This document shows, in pieces, positions 52,791 to 64,000 of a stretch of 64,000 nucleotides of DNA (within the stretch, counting starts at the first letter, position 1; each line of letters opens with the position of its first letter). The notes beneath the pieces were generated by a model. It ran no database searches. It was not told where the DNA came from and saw nothing but the letters and a program-made list of their open reading frames with translations. Position numbers and translations under genes: made by a program. The DNA is from Eledone cirrhosa (taxonomy: Eukaryota). Location of the stretch: positions 75,764,001-75,828,000 of the forward strand of contig OZ024742.1 of NCBI GenBank assembly GCA_964016885.1. Reading direction: 5' to 3'.

Positions 52791-53169
52791 ATGGGCAAGG
52801 TACGGCGACATCAACGACAACACCAATAACACCTTTTTGTCAATGTCTGCTCTTATTTTAAGTAATGGTTGTACTCGGAAATGGGTTATCTTCCAATATA
52901 TATATATATATATATATAGTATTATATTATATTATATTATATTATATTATATTATATTATATTATATTATATATGATCCCCAGAACAAAAGAGCTGCATA
53001 AGGTTTTACGGCCAATATGCATCGTTTCTCCAGAATGTAAGGGGGATCAACATTGTGACCTAATCTTCAGGTGTTTATACGAATTTATGAGATACCGTCA
53101 AAAGATACGCGTGCTGAAAACGCGAGTTTACGAATTTTCTACATGCAACACACACACACATATATATAA

Positions 53170-53293
<124 letters not shown>

Positions 53294-53416
53294 GGGGTTA
53301 TAAGAGGCTTAACTCTGTTTCTCGACCGTTATATCGCGTGACTATCTCCCCCTCCGCCTTTTGGGATTCTTTCTCACGTCGTGTAGACGCGTTCTTGAGA
53401 CTAGTAAAATGAGGTA

Positions 53417-53506
53417 TCCTCTTGATAAGTCGGCAGACCTCGCAAGGACTCTATGTCTTTATGATATATTGTTTTTGTTTATGCCACGAAACTACGTAGT
53501 CGAGGA
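53417..53506 (+). ncRNA. Type I hammerhead, U3:A8 variant with long stem II insert
   Basis: uccuc-UUGAUAA-GU(C)GGCA...UGCCAC-GAAA-CUACGUAG-UC-gagga inside a ~285-bp island between (TA)n tracts. Confidence 0.8.
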
Positions 53507-53575
53507 ATGTAGAAGCAGTTTAGGTACGATACATTTTATTACTAATTATATCTAAATGTTTCTTCTCTCTTCATA

Positions 53576-53754
<179 letters not shown>

Positions 53755-53987
53755 TATATATATATATGTGTGTGTGTATGTGTGTGTGTGTCTATGCGTA
53801 TGTATATAAATCTATGTATATGTGTGTATAAATATATGTATATGTGTGTATATATGTGTGCATGCCCGTGTCCGTATCCGGGACATAATGTATATATGGA
53901 TATTTGTATACATATTTGTATAACACACTAAGTTGTTTTTATAAAAATTTATATATACCTAGCAGGAAAGTGTATAATCACAAATGG

Positions 53988-54176
53988 CAAGCATGTCAAT
54001 CATGCGGCCCTTTACAACCACACCTGCGGCCCGCACAAATGGTTTTACAGCGCGAGCGTAATATAAAATAAAAATATATTATTTGTAATGTGCGCAATCA
54101 GTTGTCATGTGTGGCCCCCAGAAAACAAATATGTGACCCATGTGACCCTCGGGGGACCCTCTATTTGACATACCCG
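53988..54176. mobile_element. hAT-type MITE
   Basis: TIR-like caagcatgtcaa / ttgacatacccg, subterminal gcggccc motifs, 8-bp TSD acaaatgg/acaaatgt. Confidence 0.75.
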
Positions 54177-56245
54177 ACAAATGTGATGTGTGCTTTGCAT
54201 TTAGTTGTTATTTGATATAATTGGATTCCTGTAGGTGTATTAATTTGAAGTGTTCTGCCTTTTCACATAATGTCTTTCTTTTTGGACTCGTAATGACTGT
54301 TCTATTTGTTCTAAACACATATATTGGACAGAGGCAATTGTTTTTCTCTTTGAATAAAACAATTATACATTTTGAAGAATTAGTTAGTCAGAAAATATTA
54401 CTTATCGTTCAAGTGACATTGAAATGTATGTTGAATAGTTTTATATTATAAATAGAGGCAGCAAATTTGCAGATATCTAAGTTTTATAGATCAATTGTGC
54501 TATTGATTGCGGTTCTATGGAGTTTCATTTGAATTCAGAGATACTTTTATTCATTTCGGCGTCAAGAAAACAAAGCATCAGTCCAAGGCGATAGGCTAAT
54601 TGAAATAATAGAGAGTGTTTCACTCATAACCCATTTTTATATATACAAATATACATCACCAAATATTTGTAACTGTAATGTAATTCGTTTTATTTGAATG
54701 CATGTGTCACCCAGGAAAAAAAAGAAACGCATGTGATATTGTTATTAATCATGTGATATTTTTATAACATATCACGTCAGATATCTTTGGGGGACAAATA
54801 TATTCGTTATTAATAAATAAACCGGATAACTTCTGATAACTTTGGCCGAAGAGTTTATATGCTAACTAAGATACACTCTTGGAATGACCAAATGAGGTTT
54901 ATTTTTCAAAAAAGTCCCCGAAAAGAAACAATGCAGGTGGAATTAATGCTTGCAAGATTTCACAACCTAGCATTATTTCCTCATAGTGAGTCTATCAACT
55001 CTTTAACCGATCCTGTTATACACATCTACAGAACGATATATCTAACTTTTCTTGTAATTCGTCTTCTTTGAATGCATGTGCCATTCTTGAAAAAATAAAT
55101 GAATGTAATATTATCATTAATGTACATGTCACGTCGGACATCTCTACAGGAAAATATATTTGTTATTAATACATAAGCAGGATAGCTTCTGTTCATATAT
55201 ACAGCAAACTAATAAAAAACAAAATTATATCTCCGGCTTGAGTTGATGATCATGCTCGCACTATCTAAATGGCATTGAAAAAGTTTTCTAGTTTTCAAGT
55301 ATGTCTTTGATCTTTAAGTAGAAACTGATGCAGCATCAACCACCGATGTGTGAAAAAGTTATTTTTGAAATTCCGAAATGAAGAAGATTTTATTAATGCT
55401 CTGTGTTTTGCAGCTATGCTTTACCAGTTTACAGGATATCATTTCTTCAGGAATTCTCCACACACATATTTACACAAAATTTACTTGTTTCATCTGATTC
55501 AATTCCATTTGAGGCACTCGCTTGGATACTTTGTTTTAAAACAATTCTATCATGATTTTTATAAAGGATGATGTGCTCAAGCACAGGGATGCTATGAATA
55601 TAGCTTATAAAATGAGGCGGAGACCCTTAAAATACGAACAAAGAAGTTGTCATCGAATCCTATGAGAAAATGCAACACACAATACCCAGATGCCGGCTAG
55701 TCGTTTTAACTAAAGAGCTGTAACAACCGGAGGAAGATCTGTCACCTTAATGGTCAAAGCGTCTAGGCGATATCTGGGGTTCAACTCCTCATCGCGCCCG
55801 ATGGCAACAGCTTCTCACATTTTTAAGTCGTCTTCATCCTACATTATAAGCTATTTTTATAGCGTTTCTACGCTTGAGCACATGATCATTTATACTTATA
55901 CACACACACACACATATATATAAATAGTAAAAAGGTAAGATTGAAAGAAGCACTGAAATATATTTAAAGAATATTTTTCTTGATTCGACACAATGATTAT
56001 TGAAAACAAGAAAAATACATTTAAAAAAAAGGTTTATAAAATATATTTTAGAAATATTCCCGGTTTCGATGTTATCCATCGCATCAAATATTAAAAGTTT
56101 AGAATTAAAGATTAAAAATTAAAACTCGAGATTTGAAGAAAGTATGTTCATAACTCACTCGATATGCAAATTAGGCTGCTCAGCCGTTAATATGCATAAG
56201 GAAAGTATATACTTTCAGACGTTCAATCGTCTGACAGAAAGGAAT

Positions 56246-56288
56246 ACGATGCTGACGATAGCTAATAAGCTTGAAACTGGTACATCGT
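56246..56288 (+). ncRNA. Type I hammerhead ribozyme, intact core
   Basis: acgaug-CUGACGA-U.AGC-uaauaa-GCU.U-GAAA-CUGG-UA-caucgu, within element 56140-56512. Confidence 0.85.
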
Positions 56289-56516
56289 TTCTATGTCTGT
56301 TGAACAACGAGCGACGATGGTTGCCGAGCACAGTACGGTGTAATTCGGGCTGTTGGTTTACAAACAAACCGATCATTATAATAAATGTGTGCATGTATGT
56401 ATATATATACATACTACTGTGCGTCTGTACACATATATGTATGTACGTATACATACTTATATTTAGGTATCAGTCGTACTAAGAGGGAGAAATGAAATTT
56501 CGTTTCATTCTTTGCC

Positions 56517-56558
<42 letters not shown>

Positions 56559-56640
56559 GGAAAAGAATGAAATCTATATATATTAATATAGAAAAGGTTT
56601 TACAAGAGTAGAACTGTTTAATTCGTGAGAAATCATCAGA

Positions 56641-56689
56641 GCTTCCTGATGATTTCTCACGAATGAAACAGCTCTAGTCCTATAGAAGC
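56641..56689 (+). ncRNA. Hammerhead in a compact head-to-head pair (mutated partner at 56596-56642, minus strand)
   Basis: gcuuc-CUGAUGA-U.UUC-ucac-GAA.U-GAAA-CAG..CUA-UA-gaagc; inverted repeat 56584-56702. Confidence 0.65.
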
Positions 56690-56713
56690 TTTTCTATATT
56701 AAAAATTGTATAC

Positions 56714-56785
<72 letters not shown>

Positions 56786-57339
56786 TATATATATAATATA
56801 CATATATACATACTAAGTGGATAGGTAGAAGTGGCGTTTTTCTATAATTGTGTGTGTGCGTGTGCGCGCGCGTAACCCCCCCCACACACACACACGTACA
56901 TACACACATATACACATGCACACACCCACACACACACATGCACACACACACACATATATATATATATATACATATAAATATATACATATATGTGTGTGAA
57001 TGTGTGCTTTTGTATTGTGGTGTGTGTGTGTCTATGTAGTTTGTTTATAACAGGTATTTTTTAACGGGTAATTTAAAAAAAAAGAAGGGTTATAGTATTA
57101 TTATTGGTAGTTTTCAATCAAGATTTTCAAGACCGGTTATCTTTGGAAAATATACGTGTATATAAATAATTGCTCTTTTATTTCGTGGAGTGTGTGTGGA
57201 GAATGTTTGCGGATAAATAATGTCTTTTATTTCATGGTGCGTATCTGTGTGTGTGTGTGTGTGCATGCACGCACAAACATATATATATATGCGTGTGTGT
57301 ATATGTATCGGTTTGTTTGTACATATGTGTGTGCTTAAT

Positions 57340-57915
57340 CAATAGATCCTTATGTATAATCTAAAGGGGACGATTACATATTTAGTTCTGGTTTCAATTT
57401 GTAATGAATATTTTTTAAAATGTTCTCTTTGTTGTTGTGTGAAGAAGTCTGAGCATTTATAAAAGAGGAACATTTTAAAGTTGGATAGGCTCATTCCTTC
57501 TCGATCTGCAATGTGGCTATTCAAGAGGATTTTCCTTGCGTTTTCGTCTCGGATTTATTGGCGATGGGTGGTCATTGTTTGCGTAGACCTGTCAGTACTA
57601 TGTATGTATGTCGACACTCACCGCATGTGATTAAGTAGATCAAGTTCTCTGAGTTGTAGGTCAAGTTATATTTCACTGTAAATATTTGGGAGTCTTTCAA
57701 AATGAATTCTTGTCCTTCAATTATGGAAAGGCTTGTGCATCAAATTTTTTTCCTGCATCCTGTTACCGTTGGGTTGGGGATGTGATGGTGTATTTTTGTT
57801 CCAGTGCGAATGTGTTTTAGTGAATTGGGTTACCTTTTACTTTTGATGATCTTGTGATTTTTACATTTTTTTCATCTTCAAATAGAATGGCGAGGTTTTT
57901 GTGTAGGTGGTTAAA
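57340..57915 (-). mobile_element. Degenerate PLE GIY-YIG fragment (Neptune-type)
   Basis: FTVKYNLTYNSENLIYLITCGECRHTYI..MTTHRQ*IRD..SHI..FKMFLFY, homologous to 44349-44867. Confidence 0.8.
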
Positions 57916-58419
57916 CATTAGATACACAGACACACACGCACACATACACGTAAACACACACACATACACCCCCTCACACAAAAAAGGAAAAAAAATATAT
58001 ATATATATAATCAACGCTTAAAAGCAAAAATATCCGAAATTCGTACATTGTTAACACCATCATTGTTTAGTTCTTCAAATTACTTAGTTAAGACACGAGT
58101 ATATTCGAGAACGTTTTACGCTGCATCAGATGCGCCTAACTTAAGTATTCCACCAAAGGATTCCCGTGATAATTTGAGTTAATTTGTCTAATTTAGTTAA
58201 GAAACGGGGATTAAATATACAAGGCTGATTGTAGATGAACGCACCATTTAAACGCACTATTTTAGAGGCGTAAATGCTATCCAAATTAGATGATTTAATT
58301 AACTAAATAGTTTCCTATTCGACTTTTAGTAGTATCGACTAGAGTAACATGTACTATAGTGTTGCATCACATTCGTATTATATTTAAGGCTTTTGAGGCT
58401 AAGCGGTGAGAAATTGTTT

Positions 58420-59330
58420 CAAATTAAATGTCTTAGCTTAGGGCCATGAAACGGTGGTGCGTGTTACCAAAGCAATTTTGTAAAGATGACTTTATGCTCC
58501 AAATAATGCGATGTCTCGAAACCTATGTGCATCAAAGATAAATATATTTATCTAAATTTTAATACGCAAAGGTAATGTCAAGATTGAGAAAATTGCACTC
58601 TGGCGATTTGTACAGATGATGTTCTTTTTTGAATTATTATATCGTTTGAAATCCCTTAATGTCGAGACAGATGATGTTTCACATGCCTATTGTGATGCTG
58701 CTTTGTAGAATAACTTTGTAGAACTCTAAAAGGTTCTTTCACAACGTAGCATAAACCGGTGGACATTTTCCTTCATATTTGTTTCTGAATGAAAAATTTG
58801 ATAAAGATTAAAGCCACAATAATATTACCCAGATCCAAATATCAGGTTGTCAAATATGTGAAACAATAAACATTTTCAAATAATAAATATTTTTTGATTA
58901 TTGTCGGTGAATATCCAATTTTCTGTTCGTTTTGCTTTCGCCGACATAATTTCACTGACTGTAATTTCTTCCTTAATTCGTCATCGTCTGTTGCCTTCTC
59001 CATGATACCGAAACTGTATTTTTTACATGAGAGAGAAATTGCAACTAATATAGTGACATGTGCATCATGAGTGTTATGTTCGTATCGTCTAGAAAACTGT
59101 GGCACATGCTACAAAATGAAAAAAATGTGCGCCTAATCCCTTACCGGGATCTGTTTTGAACGAGGCCGTACATTCGGTGCGTGACAAGTTTATCATAAAC
59201 ATCTACGAACTCAAAATCTCGTGGGCGTCTTTTTATATTTCCTTGAGTAGCGACTACTGGGATGAGCAGACGCATTACAAGAAATGATCTGTTAATGCAA
59301 TACATACAAAAAGAATAGTTCAAGAATGTT
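58420..59330 (-). mobile_element. Possible very old DNA-transposase remnant (Sola2-like?)
   Basis: Only faint motif-like fragments (KLVTHR, IFTDN, EGK..VKR-like) in broken frames. Confidence 0.25.
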
Positions 59331-60514
59331 AACAAGCGGCATCGGACCCCAATAGATTTCAGTGCAAGTCACTGAAACTTAAAAAATAATGAATCGTTTA
59401 TTAACCTTATGTCTTGCATTTCGGTTCAAATTGCCAGCCCTATTGACAGATATGTCTACACTTCAATATGTTGTATTAAACGACTACACTTGAACAATAT
59501 TGAAATTTGAGATATAGCTCTAATATTACTGTACAGAATAACGTCATGATAGAATATTTCACTAGCAATAGAAATTGTTATATTTACGTACGGTGATGTA
59601 ACTACGAGCAGCCAAAGCTGCTATAAACTCGTTTGTGGAGAATTGTAGCTTATACTGAGCTCGCTTATTGCTTTCACCAAGTGGCGCATTGTGTCCATGA
59701 GCAAACAGCATTATTTTCCCGTTGCTCCAATTGCCTGAGATCTTATCCCTTTCCTTGTTGGAAGCCCATCGAAAGATCTAGCAACTGGGCAACATTATAT
59801 GTTACTGAGGCTGCGTCGCCTTTCTCCACACCAGTTTTGGGGTGTGATGTTCTTTGTTGTGTTTGATACCTCTACAATCTGCTTGTAAATGTCAGTCTAA
59901 ACGTTTATGAATTGAAGTTAGATTTAAATCGATTTTTAATTTCGTTTATCTACATTATAGTCTGCATATATAATATTGCTTTAGTATGAACATTACTGGA
60001 GTTAGATATGTGATAAATATATTGACATTTTGTATGAAATCTATACTATTTCATAAGGAATTTGCAAGCTACAAAATCAAAGAATATCAACTTCTTAATC
60101 TCTCCTCGGATTATAGAATTGGCCACCGTAAACATTGATGTACACTGAGTGTGACATCTTAAAACATCATTCGGCATATACCAAAAATATGGATCTCTAA
60201 TATCAGGAACTTTCAAAGAAAAAAAGTACCCTGAGTATATAGTAGCATGCTATAATAATAGCTAATATATAACTTCCTTTAGTTGTACTACAACAGAATA
60301 TGCCACAATATAACAATGTGGCATAGATTGTAATTACGACTGTGTAGATAACAACGTATCCTCAACATATAATGGTTTAACGGAGGCAGAATGCTGCAGT
60401 CGATGATGTTGATACATTCAAATAGAATCTGTATTTGAAAGCAGCTTCATATTGAATCAATGAAAAACTCACTATTCATGTTTTCTAAATATCATATATT
60501 GTGTGACCGTCTAT

Positions 60515-60685
60515 AATAATTATTTCTACTTTTGGCACAAAGCCAGCAATTATCCCAGTGTATTACTGGTACTTTATTTTATCGACCCTGTAAGGATGAA
60601 AGGCAAAGTTAACCTCGGCGGGATTTGAACTCAGTCCGTAAAGGGACGTAACTGTGCTGCAAAGCCTGGCACCCGGCCGTCTATA
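60515..60685 (-). mobile_element. tRNA-derived SINE copy, 5' truncated
   Basis: SINE core reverse complement; ccgtctataataat on both sides is a probable TSD. Confidence 0.85.
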
Positions 60686-61583
60686 ATAATGTCTTATGTT
60701 TCGTATACGTGAGATACGTCTGTAAATTTTTAGAGTGAATTGTATCGATAATTGGCTCTGCAAAATGTCTTTATAGGATTAAAAGTGTTCTTCAACCCTC
60801 GGAATAACATCATGTATTAATCAGAATATTCCAATATTCTAAACTTCACACGTGTCTAATTAGGACATCAGAATGATTCAAAAATATATGAAAGCTTTCA
60901 AGTTAATACAAGTTCATACCTTGAAGATATATCGTACTGCTCCTGCTCAGTGTAAAGAAGATTCTCCTGCTGTCTTGCTGCCTGTTAATTAACAGGACAT
61001 TACGGTTGCTTTTATTATTTCGAGTGGAAGGTTTTTCGAGTGGAAGGTTTTTCGAGTGTCCTTGTGATTTGTTTCTATAATTTCACATTAGTCAAGTTGA
61101 TTTGTTATTTCAGAGCAAAGGCGGGTTAAAGAGTGACTTATTACTCTCAAAGTAACACATTATCAAACGGCTATGTCAAGCCCCAAATCAATTCTGATCG
61201 CACAAGCCAACGATTAAAAGTATTCATATTATAATCATCATGATGTTTTGTCAGCCATGTATTGTATAGTATTGGAGTGATATGTGCTACCATTTGAATA
61301 GGCTGCGAGTTAAGTTAGGCTGAATATTTTGTTTGCAGCAGATCGAGTATACACATAGCAGTATATACATTTATTATATGATGATCTTACAATGACTGAG
61401 TTATATGCACAATATCCATTTTATTTAATGAGATCATATATACATATATATATATATATGTGTGTGCGTTACTGTTTTCCTTCTTGTCGGTCTGTATTTT
61501 GTCCTTCACCTATCACTCCAGTCTGCTGCTGAATCTGTGTTGGGCCACTGCAAGCGTCTCTCATCCCCCCCTCTCTCTCTCTC

Positions 61584-61624
<41 letters not shown>

Positions 61625-61638
61625 ATCTCTCTCTCTCC

Positions 61639-61670
<32 letters not shown>

Positions 61671-62679
61671 GTATATATATATATATATAAGATTATGTAT
61701 TTGTTCTGCCAGACTAGTAATAACCCGAAACTTAGTGACTGATCATAGAAAAAAGGCACAAAAAACAAAACACCAAACGATACATACCCCACACACATAG
61801 ACATCAGAAATACAAAACTACACACACAAAGAGAGGCTGGCAGAAATACATGGACAAGCATGAAACACAAAAAAAAAAACGCACCACAAAAGAAACAAAG
61901 TCCAGATGGAATAGAAGTTTAAGACCAGGAAAAAGAGGAGGCACCACACAGATAATCATTGAGTAGGTGACAGAATGTGTGACAAAATAACATTGATAAA
62001 CAAAAAATAACGAATAATAAATATAAAGTTAAAATCATATAATAACGTGTATTTCTTCTTATTCGCAGTATTGGCAACATGACCACCCCAAATATAACAA
62101 TATATATATATATACAGACCTTTACGCAGAGTTTCTCGCTATAAAACTTCACTCACCGGCTGTCTATTAACCCGAGGTGGCAGTGGAGACTTCTGGTGTC
62201 TTGACCCTAGGGCTATATCCCTACTCACCACCATAGGCGCTGAGCTGGCTGCCACAGGTGTGAGCCTCGCGAGTTGGAATAGCTCTCCAGCGCATCTATC
62301 TTACCATCCTCCGGGGAAATGCCTTCTCCATTCTGTCCGACGGATCTGTGGGGCGACCAGCAGTGGGACCTCATTTGCTTACTATACAGAGAGATGGGAA
62401 GGGCGAGAGAGATGGGTTCCTGACGGTGGGAGTTCGGCTCTTCCGTGTTCGGACACCTTGCATCTGTCAAGAGTGTATTTTCATACTTGTGACGAACATT
62501 GTGAATTCCTATTTATAGTTTGAATCCTTAAAATGCAACTACAACTTACAGTAACATCTCCTTCAGTTCCTGTAACAGTCTCATTTTCTTTTGTTAAGGG
62601 CAGAGTTGCGTGTAATAGAAGGGTGGGTGACTAGATAAACACAGACACTCACAAACACACATACACACATACAGGGACA

Positions 62680-62783
<104 letters not shown>

Positions 62784-62920
62784 TGTGTGTGTAAAAGTTC
62801 TATTTAAATTGTTGGGATACAACAAGCAAATATTTCTATAACTGATATAAAGCACTCAACAAATATTTGGAGTAAAAATACGATATTAACAAAGGGAAAC
62901 TATATTTATAAAACCATATT

Positions 62921-62985
62921 TATTTCATTATACATATTTCAAGGACACCAAGTTAAATTATGGTGTGCTTTCATCAGATAAAATA
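62921..62985 (-). ncRNA. Type I hammerhead ribozyme, same family as 17375-17439
   Basis: uauuuuau-CUGAUGA-aagcacacca/uggugucccuu-type stem II-GAAA-UAUGUA-UA-augaaaua; element 62793-63010 matches 17350-17570. Confidence 0.85.
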
Positions 62986-64000
62986 TAATATAGATCAGTT
63001 TTATAAATAAATATTGACATACCCTTAAATAATGCAACCATTGCTGTTGGAAGCTCACGGATAGTGGAGTTGTAGCTTTAATTATATTATTATTATTGGA
63101 TATTTTTATTTTAAAAATAAGCCGTTGGGTTACGGAGAAAGAGAAAGATAGAGAAGGAGAGAGAAAGAAAGAGGGAGAGAGGGAAAGACCAGAAAAACAG
63201 AGAGAGAAATATATATAGAGAGAGAGAGGAGAGAGAGAGAAAAGGGGAGAGAACGAAAAACTCTAAGTCATAACTTGTTGAGTTAACTTAACAAATGAGA
63301 TGAAATGAATAAATAAAATTAGAAATGTTAATAATCATGAATGGAATATACATATATAATATGAGAAATTTAACCATTGTTTAAATATGATAAGATGTTT
63401 AGTTAATCATTTAAATATTGAGATCAATATATTAAAATTGGGATCTATATATTAAGAAATCCATATATTATTAAAGATCTACATATATAACACGTATACA
63501 CACGCAATAATACATACATATAAACATATATACACACTTATAAAATACATATACATATCTAGTTACGTATATAATATATACACACAAAACATAAAGGATT
63601 CTTTAATTTAATTTAAGATATAGGAATCTTATAAAATGTTATAATTGTTAAGATATTAAAGGAAATCCTATGTTATACACACTTTATGTTATTAAACAAA
63701 AGTTGTTTATATAAGTTTTATACGATTACCTTTTATGTATTTATGGCTGTTATTATATGTCTATCTGTCACGAATCTTGGGATAATCACTATACATAAGT
63801 GCAATCGAATTGTATGGATATACACGCACATGTACATACACAATTCCCACATATACATACATATATGTACCCTCAACAAATAGGTAGATACACATCACGT
63901 ATACATATACATACAGATAGACATACACGCATAAAACATATGTACATGTATGTCAATACACACATATAGAGAAAGTATATATAAATACAGTACATAGTAT

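Noticed and set aside
53020-53078. Minus-strand CUGAAGA...GAAACG hammerhead-like motif
   Set aside because: No NUH triplet and no stem I pairing; at best an unrecognisable relic.

Overview
Eukaryotic, AT-rich, gene-poor DNA packed with (TA)n/(CA)n/(GA)n microsatellites and transposon debris. The tRNA-headed SINE family and overall composition suggest a mollusc, probably Octopus (inference). Almost all short ORFs in the track are microsatellite artefacts. Recognisable elements: a near-complete but nonsense-disrupted Penelope-like element (PLE; RT + GIY-YIG, 41085-46080) with direct pLTRs; three to four more PLE fragments; a Tx1/L1-type LINE with its RT deleted; RTE, R4/Dong and CRE-type LINE fragments; mariner, hAT and Helitron relics; about 8 SINE copies; and possibly a decayed minus-strand gene for an ANF-receptor-like ectodomain. 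The main hidden signal, found by hand-folding, is about 30 type I hammerhead ribozyme (HHR) motifs from at least 10 sequence families. They sit in short, mostly non-coding elements next to (TA)n tracts, arranged as direct tandems (retrozyme-like) or head-to-head palindromes. Several families show compensatory base changes and unusual cores: U3:A8, non-Watson-Crick stem II closing pairs, an extra U after A9, and a branched stem II. All structures were folded manually and none is experimentally tested. Element boundaries are approximate.
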